This document shows, piece after piece, positions 36,927 to 44,806 of a stretch of DNA of 64,000 nt. Each line of letters begins with the position of its first letter. Position 1 is the first letter of the stretch. The notes under the pieces are model-generated. The model did not search any database, was not told the origin of the DNA, and was given only the letters and a program-made list of their open reading frames with translations. A program made the position numbers and the translations under genes. The stretch lies in IMG/VR virus record IMGVR_UViG_3300005056_000001, positions 248,001 to 312,000 of that record; one strand, 5' to 3'.

Positions 36927-37218
36927 TTTTGATATTTTCTTTGAATTGGTTTCGAAATTCTTCGATGCCTTGGTCTGTCACATAGAAGAAAATGTTTTCG
37001 CTCTCTTCCATTGTTTCGGATCCCATATACCCCATTTCGACCAATGTCATTAGCTCCGAGTAACTACCCGTTTTCCCTGTCGTGATATATCTGTTCCGAT
37101 AGAATTGTTTTGGTAGTTTTTTGTCTTCTTTTTTGGCATCAGGAAGCATTACACCATAATAGTGTATTCCTAGCGAGTGCCCGACCTTACAAATTTGATT
37201 GTATGATAATTTTTTCAT
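36907..37218 (-). CDS. conserved phage hypothetical protein
   Basis: HSLG...YRNRY...LVEMGYM...FYVTDQG; likely start MKKLSY at 37218. Confidence 0.65.
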   Translation of the reverse strand: MKKLSYNQICKVGHSLGIHYYGVMLPDAKKEDKKLPKQFYRNRYITTGKTGSYSELMTLVEMGYMGSETMEESENIFFYVTDQGIEEFRNQFKENIKNGKEGT

Positions 37219-37232
37219 AGTACTTGCTGTTT

Positions 37233-37493
37233 TTACCATTTGATAATGTATTCTCCGCCTCCTTTTACGTCTACTACATAACCCAAACCTTCCAAAATTT
37301 CTTGTTCTTGGTATGACATTTCGTCTTGTTCCCAATCCCCTGCTTGGTATGTCAATTCACGGATTGGTGTATGTGAAGACTCTATTAATATTTTTATTTT
37401 TTCCATTATGACTCTAAGCGTGTTTGTTCTTGCTGCCAATGATTTATACATTGCAGTCTTTTGCTCTTTGGCCGTTTTTATCTTGCTAGACAT
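37233..37493 (-). CDS. hypothetical protein
   Basis: 86 aa ending LEGLGYVV...IKW. Confidence 0.7.
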   Translation of the reverse strand: MSSKIKTAKEQKTAMYKSLAARTNTLRVIMEKIKILIESSHTPIRELTYQAGDWEQDEMSYQEQEILEGLGYVVDVKGGGEYIIKW

Positions 37494-37588
37494 TTTTCGG
37501 TTTTAATGTTATTAAAGCACCAAGGTAAAGAAATATATCCGAAAACAAAAGGAGTCGTCCAAAAAGAATTCATACTTTTACAAAAAAA

Positions 37589-38368
37589 CTACAACAAACT
37601 ACTAGAATCAATACTACCATCCTCTTCTCTTAGAGGGTTGTTGTTTACGTTTCCTTCCTGTGTCACATCTATTCCGTCGGCTATTTGATTGTCTACCTCC
37701 AATGCCGCCTTTTGGGCCTCCATAATCTCACGTACTTTGTCTAACACAGCACCCTGTCCTCGTTGGGGACTGTCTAGCATTGTATATTCCTCGTCGGTGT
37801 CTTCGCCCTCAATTGCTCCTGATTGACCCTCAAATTCTTCGTAGTCGTCATAATCTTCTTCTTCGTCGCTAAAGTCGGCACCCCTTGTCGTCATATCTTC
37901 TGATAGCTCCTTAAAAAACGTTGGTATGGAACGCATGTGCTTGTATAATGTTTTTGTCACATCACTCAACGAACTTTGTGCCTCGGCAATTCTTTTATAG
38001 AGAGCATCGTCCGAGGCACCCCCCGCATTTAAGTGTACTATCAAAGACTCAAGGACATGTTCACCTAATTTAACTTGGTACATCATTGTTCTTAGTGGAA
38101 TAATTTCCATTTTTGCCTGTTGAATTGCAGCCTTCTGAAATTTGGTGATATAGACAAGATCCTCGCTATGTTCCTCGTCTCCAAAATCCCTTTCTATGTC
38201 CAATCCTGCATAAACGGCCGCCATTGAGATAACAAATTTTTTGCACGAATTCTCTATGCGTTTTTTTGCAACCTCAATGTCCAATTTATTGTATGTGTTT
38301 TTGTATTCCAAGGCCTCTCCTAGACCATCACCAATAAAACCGCTAAAATCATCCTCGTCCTCAAACAT
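37589..38368 (-). CDS. acidic helical protein, possibly terminase small subunit
   Basis: Helical hairpin LNAGGASDDALYKRIAEAQSSL loosely recalls the gp16 core; acidic tails. Weak functional call. Confidence 0.35.
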   Translation of the reverse strand: MFEDEDDFSGFIGDGLGEALEYKNTYNKLDIEVAKKRIENSCKKFVISMAAVYAGLDIERDFGDEEHSEDLVYITKFQKAAIQQAKMEIIPLRTMMYQVKLGEHVLESLIVHLNAGGASDDALYKRIAEAQSSLSDVTKTLYKHMRSIPTFFKELSEDMTTRGADFSDEEEDYDDYEEFEGQSGAIEGEDTDEEYTMLDSPQRGQGAVLDKVREIMEAQKAALEVDNQIADGIDVTQEGNVNNNPLREEDGSIDSSSLL

Positions 38369-38535
38369 AATATTTTTTTGTAGTGTTATAACCTTTCTTT
38401 ATTAACGGCAAGAAACAACACAAAATAGGTACAGGTGTTAATATTTACAGATAAATTCATAAATAAATTCATAAATAGGTATGATGGTGTTAATTTTTTG
38501 TATATTGTCATTTTTAAAGAAACAAAACGTAACAA

Positions 38536-38856
38536 ATGAAGGATACAAACAATAATAACAAGGGCCTGTGTCAGTCCCCATTTATAGGACGCTATGTCAA
38601 CGGGAATTTTAAGAAAGATGGTTGGTGTCCTATATCCTATACATTTGTGATGTTAGATGACGGAAAGGACGACACCAATGCCGAATGCCTAGAGATTGTT
38701 GATTTGGTACCCTGTAATATTGAGTGGGTTAAGAGACCATGCACGGTGTACGAACTCCACCTCAAAGGGCTCGAAGAAACTCCACTCTTTGTCTATGTAA
38801 AAAACGGCGAATTATTTAAATTCCTTTCAGACATTAGAATTTCGATGGCAAATTAA
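38536..38856 (+). CDS. hypothetical protein
   Basis: 106-aa ORF, A-rich leader. Confidence 0.7.
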   Translation: MKDTNNNNKGLCQSPFIGRYVNGNFKKDGWCPISYTFVMLDDGKDDTNAECLEIVDLVPCNIEWVKRPCTVYELHLKGLEETPLFVYVKNGELFKFLSDIRISMAN

Positions 38857-38863
38857 CACAAAC

Positions 38864-38923
38864 GTTAAGGAAGTGTTAATTTACTTGATTTGTGTGTAAC
38901 TAGAACATTTTTACTTACCTTTA
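38864..38923 (+). promoter_or_regulatory. GTTAA-N6-GTTAA repeat + putative -7 box
   Basis: gttaaggaagtgttaa (38864-38879); taccttta at 38916. Confidence 0.55.
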
Positions 38924-38955
38924 TACTATCAATTAAATAACACATAAAATCAGGC

Positions 38956-39141
38956 ATGAACTACCAAGAAAGTCAAGAAGAAGCAAAACGAATACAATCA
39001 ATATGTGAGCAAACTGCAATTGATTATGACATGGAGGTCGAGGATGTTAAGCGTATATATAGCAGATCAAAAAAAGGGTACGAAGATTTCTATGAAGAAT
39101 TAGAACGCTTCATCAGTGAGCGTGTAGAATCCGACTGCTAA
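38956..39141 (+). CDS. hypothetical protein
   Basis: 61-aa acidic ORF. Confidence 0.65.
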   Translation: MNYQESQEEAKRIQSICEQTAIDYDMEVEDVKRIYSRSKKGYEDFYEELERFISERVESDC

Positions 39142-39229
39142 ATATATACAGCAAATCATTCAAGGACTCTTACGAGCTATCAAATTGGGTTGTAGAGACC
39201 AAAGATTATTAATATTACTAGAAAATAAA

Positions 39230-39856
39230 ATGAACCTAACAAACAACGAACTACAACTCCTGTCTAACATGACAGGGAAACAATTCAACGACCTAAAAGA
39301 CATGGTTGAACATTCCAATACGAATGGTTTTAAACACACACTAACAGAGGTCATTGTACGGATGAAAAATGTACATTATGGTGCATGTCCCGAAAACACA
39401 ACCGAGTTGGAACGTCTGTTTTTGAATCCCGACACAACAACCAATTGGTTTGGAGTGGTTTGTGAAAATTTCCGTAAGGAAAAATCCATTATCAGATCAC
39501 ATGGCATTAAAAAATGTGACTTGGTTCCTTTAAAAAAAGGATGGCTTGACACATTTTCCGAAAATAAGGCAGAGCGTATTACGCTAATGTGCATGATAGA
39601 CATTGCCCTTTATAGATTGGAGCAGTTTAAAGCAAAACAAAAGATTTCGGGTGTATCCAAATTGTCGAATCCTGTAACAAAAGAAGAATGGGTCGAGGAT
39701 TTTTTGACAGAATATATTGTTAGACACTCCAACGAACACGAAAATACAAAGGATCGTAAGACCAACCCATTTTATCTAATAGGAGGCAATCCATATGCAC
39801 TACTCGAAAACGAGGACAATCTTGTAAGATTCAGAAAAGTGTTAAGGAAATGTTAA
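39230..39856 (+). CDS. hypothetical protein
   Basis: Likely start MNLTN at 39230. Confidence 0.7.
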   Translation: MNLTNNELQLLSNMTGKQFNDLKDMVEHSNTNGFKHTLTEVIVRMKNVHYGACPENTTELERLFLNPDTTTNWFGVVCENFRKEKSIIRSHGIKKCDLVPLKKGWLDTFSENKAERITLMCMIDIALYRLEQFKAKQKISGVSKLSNPVTKEEWVEDFLTEYIVRHSNEHENTKDRKTNPFYLIGGNPYALLENEDNLVRFRKVLRKC

Positions 39857-39912
39857 AGTCGTGTCTTATCAAAGACAGGGCTTTTTTTATTGGAGTATTT
39901 GTTGTACATTTG
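39841..39912 (+). promoter_or_regulatory. GTTAA-N6-GTTAA repeat + hairpin + TACATTTG -7 box
   Basis: gttaaggaaatgttaa (39841-39856), hairpin aaagtcgtgtctt/aagacagggcttt, tacatttg at 39905. Confidence 0.55.
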
Positions 39913-39958
39913 ATTTATCAAAGGATGAAACATTAAGGAACAGCAAAACACATATATC

Positions 39959-40348
39959 ATGTCAAATACACCATTAGAACAAGCAAAGAAACAATTAGAG
40001 AAGGCTCAGGTAACGTATAATTACTACAACACCATTGAGGAGCTTTTGGCTTTTATGGAATCTTTGGTATATCCAACGGTCAATTGGTGGGCAGGGGAAA
40101 CTTACTCAAAAACAGGGATGTTAGTTTTTGATTCTTTTGATTTCAGGGCAATTATAGAAGATGAAAGTAAGTACTGTAAAACAGGACTTGGCATAAGATA
40201 TTATTCGTCTAAACTAAGCTGTGGTGTGTCAACAGAAGACCTTGGCACCGAACCCGAGTACAAAAAATGGTTACTCTCAAACAGAAGAGTGCTGAATAAA
40301 TTATACAAGGCTTATGCACAAGCCATAAAATTATTCGAAAATAGTTAG
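39959..40348 (+). CDS. hypothetical protein
   Basis: 129-aa ORF. Confidence 0.7.
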   Translation: MSNTPLEQAKKQLEKAQVTYNYYNTIEELLAFMESLVYPTVNWWAGETYSKTGMLVFDSFDFRAIIEDESKYCKTGLGIRYYSSKLSCGVSTEDLGTEPEYKKWLLSNRRVLNKLYKAYAQAIKLFENS

Positions 40349-40498
40349 GATATTTTGAATTCTTAACATTTTGTTTTATATTACAACAACCAAGGGATAT
40401 TTATATTTCACATTTGAAATTTTACTTAAAAATTAGTATTGATCGCTATTATTGAGTGTGTGTATAAATACTCCTTTGGTTTTAATAATTCGAAAAAC

Positions 40499-40891
40499 AT
40501 GCAAATGCTCAAAAAAGAATTAGTAGAAGAAAACGCCCTACTAAAGGCCCAAATAGAAAAACTAACAAAACCTAAAACAACGGGTTTGTATAACAAGCTT
40601 TTTGGTCTTACGGCGGAGGATATCGAAAAAGAGGACGAGGAAGAAGGAGAGGAAGGTGATGGCTCATTTCAATTGATGCATGATCTATTAGACACATATC
40701 ACGGCTGTAAAATGATTCGTGAAGACTCTGAAAACGTTTCCGAGACCGAGGGAGCAATTATCATCGAGGATGATTATGATATGCCATTACCGATGTCCAC
40801 ATTGGGTGATGCCATTAAGGAAATAATTTCCCGAAAGGATATTGTTTGGCTTGCGAATCGTTTGGAGGATATTATTGAAAATGAAATATAG
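40499..40891 (+). CDS. hypothetical acidic protein
   Basis: Likely start MQMLKK at 40499. Confidence 0.7.
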   Translation: MQMLKKELVEENALLKAQIEKLTKPKTTGLYNKLFGLTAEDIEKEDEEEGEEGDGSFQLMHDLLDTYHGCKMIREDSENVSETEGAIIIEDDYDMPLPMSTLGDAIKEIISRKDIVWLANRLEDIIENEI

Positions 40892-40895
40892 CATA

Positions 40896-41234
40896 ATGAA
40901 AAAATTTAAGGTTTATACAGGCACCGACATCGAAGATATGTGTGGACGCCAATTGCACCCGCTAAATGAGGTGAAGTCTGCAAAGGCTACTATTGACACG
41001 TATTTGAAGTGTCACAAAGAATGCAAGGGTGACACCAAAACAAAGGCTGTCGTAGATTACATATTCACAAACAGCCCCGATTTTGTGGCTGCCATAAAAG
41101 AATATGGCGAAACAAACGATTTGTTTGTTGAATTCTACCTAAATGGTGTTTCTAAGGGGTATGATATCGAACCGATTTTTGAAGACTTTAACAGGTCATT
41201 CGATGAGGGTCAGAAATTAATTACACAAAAATAG
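40896..41234 (+). CDS. stand-alone ABC-ATPase C-terminal-like (LHP...TNS) protein
   Basis: RQLHPLNEVKSAK...IFTNSPDFVAAIKEY...EFYLN...DIEPIFEDFNRSF; paralogous to a domain in 8997..10082. Confidence 0.65.
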   Translation: MKKFKVYTGTDIEDMCGRQLHPLNEVKSAKATIDTYLKCHKECKGDTKTKAVVDYIFTNSPDFVAAIKEYGETNDLFVEFYLNGVSKGYDIEPIFEDFNRSFDEGQKLITQK

Positions 41235-41308
41235 TAAGACACTGCCTAGGAAAGACATTGGATTTTGTTGATTCGAAATCCTGATCAGTACATTTTATAC
41301 AAAAAAAT

Positions 41309-41887
41309 ATGCAAATTAAAATAACAGACTTTTACTATCCATTGGCCAAAGAATGGATGTGGGACTACTGCACACCGCTAGGAAAATTTATTGACTGTCA
41401 GGGTGTCAAGTGGGATTTGGGGATATTGATAAAATCAGAGGGTGATTGGTCTGCTGCCTGTGTTTATGGCGACACCGACGGTCATTATAATTCGGGCTCT
41501 TCTTATGGAATTTTATCCCAACCAAAAAGAATGGATTTTATTGATGAAATGATTAATCGGGCAGTAAAGGAAGGGTTGATAAAAGACGAGAGAGTAAAAA
41601 CCAAGGAAGAGGCCGAAATTTGGCTTGACAATTTCTCTAGCACCATAGAGTTCTGTGAGAATATTGATCAACCAATCAGCGTGTCAGGGTTTTTAAAACC
41701 GTTCAAGAAAATGCTTGCCGACAAAAAATATATTTTCTTGGACACGATATTATTTTCTATGGTCTTCAAGTATTATAAGATGGAATACTTGGAAGCATTT
41801 CGGGAAATGTTACTACCCCACAAATCAGAGCTAAGGATGTTTAACTTATTGGAGCTCAATTTAATCGTAAGAACCCCACCAAAATAA
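41309..41887 (+). CDS. hypothetical protein
   Basis: 192-aa ORF. Confidence 0.7.
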   Translation: MQIKITDFYYPLAKEWMWDYCTPLGKFIDCQGVKWDLGILIKSEGDWSAACVYGDTDGHYNSGSSYGILSQPKRMDFIDEMINRAVKEGLIKDERVKTKEEAEIWLDNFSSTIEFCENIDQPISVSGFLKPFKKMLADKKYIFLDTILFSMVFKYYKMEYLEAFREMLLPHKSELRMFNLLELNLIVRTPPK

Positions 41888-41889
41888 TT

Positions 41890-42666
41890 ATGCAGTACAA
41901 TAGAGAGACCATTGACAGTGTCCTTAAACTAAGAAGTGTTGCTGACCCGTACTCGGATATATTAGAAATCTGCAAGGAGAATAGTTCTCGTCTTGGTAAA
42001 TACATGGATAAGTATGAAATGTTATTCAGAATAATTTCATGTCTAGGCAAGGAAAGTTTTAACGATTTTTTGGAGACCGTTATTGGAGACCTGCAACACG
42101 GCACGATAGATTGTTTGTTCGAGGCATTAAGCAAGGGTCTTAGACAATGGGATGTGTTCGACAACGGAGACTTGGACATGCTTTTTAGATGTATGCTATT
42201 CGAAAGTAAAATACCAAAAATTGTGTTTATGGAGGTCTTTGTTGATGGTAAAAACAGACGTGTTCATGACGACTTCAAAAAAAGATTTGTTGGCGACCTA
42301 AAAGAAGAACACCTGTCCAATCGTGTTTGGGGGAGTCAGAAGGCAAAGGATTGCGTCCTGAAGGATTACAATAACATACACTTTGATTATGTTAAAATGT
42401 TGTTGTCTGAAGCCAATAAGATTTCATTTCCTGCCTATAAAATCTCTGAGAAGATTAGGAAAAAGTTTGGTATCGAACTATTTCCTTTAATTTTAAGCAG
42501 TGGACAGGTCGGTATGTTGAAAAAGCCCAAGCCAAATGGTAATCACTTTTACATGGCAAGCAGCGAGGGGGTTTATTACACCCTTATAGGAAGTCCGACA
42601 CATTATTTCAAACACGGTATTACCATAAATATTGAAAATTTAAATATATCAATCAATGAAAGATAA
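41890..42666 (+). CDS. hypothetical protein
   Basis: 258-aa ORF. Confidence 0.7.
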   Translation: MQYNRETIDSVLKLRSVADPYSDILEICKENSSRLGKYMDKYEMLFRIISCLGKESFNDFLETVIGDLQHGTIDCLFEALSKGLRQWDVFDNGDLDMLFRCMLFESKIPKIVFMEVFVDGKNRRVHDDFKKRFVGDLKEEHLSNRVWGSQKAKDCVLKDYNNIHFDYVKMLLSEANKISFPAYKISEKIRKKFGIELFPLILSSGQVGMLKKPKPNGNHFYMASSEGVYYTLIGSPTHYFKHGITINIENLNISINER

Positions 42667-42961
42667 AGAGTACATCCTGTGTGCGGCAACTTGGTACAAG
42701 GAGGTCGAAAAACCTGTTCATAGCCCGATTAACATAACAGAGGGTGTTGTTGTTTGTGGATTTAGACACCCAAATGTAATAGGCATCGTTCATGCACTAT
42801 CCACGAAACCAAGTTCTGCGTTTGACTATGCCAAGGTTGTGCAAGGGTTTCTGTCAAGCAAAAACAGATTCCTGACAAGAGAGGAGGCTGCCGACATTGC
42901 ATTCGTTGCAGGACAAATTGACACCAAAATTAAGCGTTTATATAGCGAAGATTTATATTAA
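42656..42961 (+). CDS. conserved phage protein (QGF..RFLTREEA..IA..AGQ...LYSEDLY family)
   Basis: ILCAA, G.RH and QGFLSSKNRFLTREEA...LYSEDLY form a widespread phage motif set; function unknown to me. Confidence 0.7.
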   Translation: MKDKEYILCAATWYKEVEKPVHSPINITEGVVVCGFRHPNVIGIVHALSTKPSSAFDYAKVVQGFLSSKNRFLTREEAADIAFVAGQIDTKIKRLYSEDLY

Positions 42962-43111
42962 TAAAAATATAGTTTATGTTAGACAAAAAAGTTATTAAGA
43001 GCATTAAAAAGGTTAGACAGGTCAGCAAGTGTAATCTTTTTCAGGCAATCGTTGATTCTGTGGTACAAGACTTGAAGTCTGTCAAAAAATTGGTCAAATA
43101 AAATCGCTGAT

Positions 43112-44797
43112 CTAACAATTATTATTTACGTCATCCGACAAACCAATTATATCGTTTAGTGGAGGAGAGGCGTTGTTGTTTGATTGTACGATCTTGCTGT
43201 CGTCTGTAAAGATATTATCAAAATGATTAATAGGGAATAGGTGTGCCAATAGGTTTGATTTGCTTACTATTTTAGAATTCATTTTTATCATGCCCAAGGT
43301 GATCGGATTTTTGTTACAAACAAATTCCAAAACATTTATTGTGTTGTCGGAAAGTGAGTTCACAAACACTCCTTCTTGGATAGTTAACAATGCTGCCGTT
43401 GTTTTGTCATACTCGCTTATTGTTATAGTCAAATGCGACTGTGTTTTGTTGATATGAAAGTTGTAATACTTACCCACGACCAATGGCGTTGTGGGTGTTG
43501 TGAATACTTTTTTTGATTGTGCGCCACTAAAGACCTCCAACGAAACATTACCACCTGATTCTAAACTAAATTGGTGGGCAAGATTGCCTAGTCTAAATGT
43601 TTTGTATATTGTGCGATCTTCTATCAAGGAGAATGAGGCCCAAAACGAAAGTGAATATGTGCTAGTATCAAAATTGCTCACATCATATTTAAGCATTGTG
43701 GTGTCTGCCTCTAATTCGGGACTTCTGTATAACCAATCAACACCCATCAATCCTCTGTGTTGAATAGATGCCCTAATGGCATATAACGGGCTTATTCGTT
43801 CTCTTAGTAGAGAATGATAATTATGGTTGTCCATGTCTTTGGAAACCTCGCTGTCCTGTACCGAGCTGTCTGCCTGCGATGCCTCGATGTATTCTTTTGT
43901 CTCCTCAACATCTTGCATAATTCCTGCACCATCAATATAGTCACCAAAGTCTTCCGTAATATGGTCGATACGTTCTGTGTTTACGCTTGCATCATCAACA
44001 TATTTAATTAGCGACAATTCGTAGGCCACAAATCGGTTCATAAAGTCCAAATCTCCAACAACTTTCGATACTGTCATTCTTCTTTTGAACATCGGCAACC
44101 AAATTGAATCTTTTGGGGTCGGAGGAGCCGAGAAGTTATTGTCCCATTCGGTTCTGTCGATAAACACCTTGATACCGCCATAGTACATTTGAAATTCGTC
44201 TATGTGTAGATCATCCTTTGGGGTGTTCTCGGCATTTATGATTACCTTTATTTTTGAGTCCTCTGTCACATTATGGATTGTGTATGTTTTGAACGTCATA
44301 TTCTTGCCCGTATTGTCTGTGCGAAAATAATGACCATCAAAACCCATGTTATTGCTGAGGGCATAACTAAGAGCCTTTCGCATTTCATGCACAGATTCTA
44401 AATCATCATGATACCTCCATAGGTTGGCATTCAAACAAGAATGAACAACAGAGTTTTGTTTCGGAAACGAAACGGCTTCCACACACATCGGAACACCGTC
44501 TGCAAGTAGTGATCTAAAAAAAATGGTGTTGTAAGTACTTATCTTGGGCTTTACCGATACTTGTGCCCTAACATGTATTTTGTTGTACGCAAGGGTCTGA
44601 ATAATCACATTGAACACATTTTCTGTGCTATAGTCCGAATATGTTGTGCCGTCAATGCTATATGCATATATAACATTGATATCATATTCGCTCACCACAC
44701 CATCAAAATTAGATACGATGGTATTCACATTACCCCCCAAAGGAAGGAATGTGAATATCTGAACACTCTCGTTTTCGTAAAATGTAATAAAGCTCAT
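43112..44797 (-). CDS. neck/head-tail connector (T4 gp14-like core) with C-terminal LamG-like domain
   Basis: FDGHYFRT, FIDRTEW..F..PPTPKDSIWLPMFKRRMTV resembles gp14; C-terminal YSLSFW..GKYYNFHI resembles a concanavalin/LamG fold. Confidence 0.55.
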   Translation of the reverse strand: MSFITFYENESVQIFTFLPLGGNVNTIVSNFDGVVSEYDINVIYAYSIDGTTYSDYSTENVFNVIIQTLAYNKIHVRAQVSVKPKISTYNTIFFRSLLADGVPMCVEAVSFPKQNSVVHSCLNANLWRYHDDLESVHEMRKALSYALSNNMGFDGHYFRTDNTGKNMTFKTYTIHNVTEDSKIKVIINAENTPKDDLHIDEFQMYYGGIKVFIDRTEWDNNFSAPPTPKDSIWLPMFKRRMTVSKVVGDLDFMNRFVAYELSLIKYVDDASVNTERIDHITEDFGDYIDGAGIMQDVEETKEYIEASQADSSVQDSEVSKDMDNHNYHSLLRERISPLYAIRASIQHRGLMGVDWLYRSPELEADTTMLKYDVSNFDTSTYSLSFWASFSLIEDRTIYKTFRLGNLAHQFSLESGGNVSLEVFSGAQSKKVFTTPTTPLVVGKYYNFHINKTQSHLTITISEYDKTTAALLTIQEGVFVNSLSDNTINVLEFVCNKNPITLGMIKMNSKIVSKSNLLAHLFPINHFDNIFTDDSKIVQSNNNASPPLNDIIGLSDDVNNNC

Positions 44798-44806
44798 GCG
44801 ATTGGG

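Noticed and set aside
38451-38476. 12-bp tandem ataaattcataa
   Set aside because: Only two AT-rich copies, not seen elsewhere; could be chance or a promoter element.
41235-41300. Possible tRNA (gattcgaaatcc resembles a T-arm)
   Set aside because: No cloverleaf or acceptor stem could be built; no tRNA recognised in the window.
42976-43101. 41-aa ORF MLDKKVIKSIKKVRQVSKCNL with faint L7/L12 or EF-Ts N-terminal likeness
   Set aside because: Too short and too weak to support a call.
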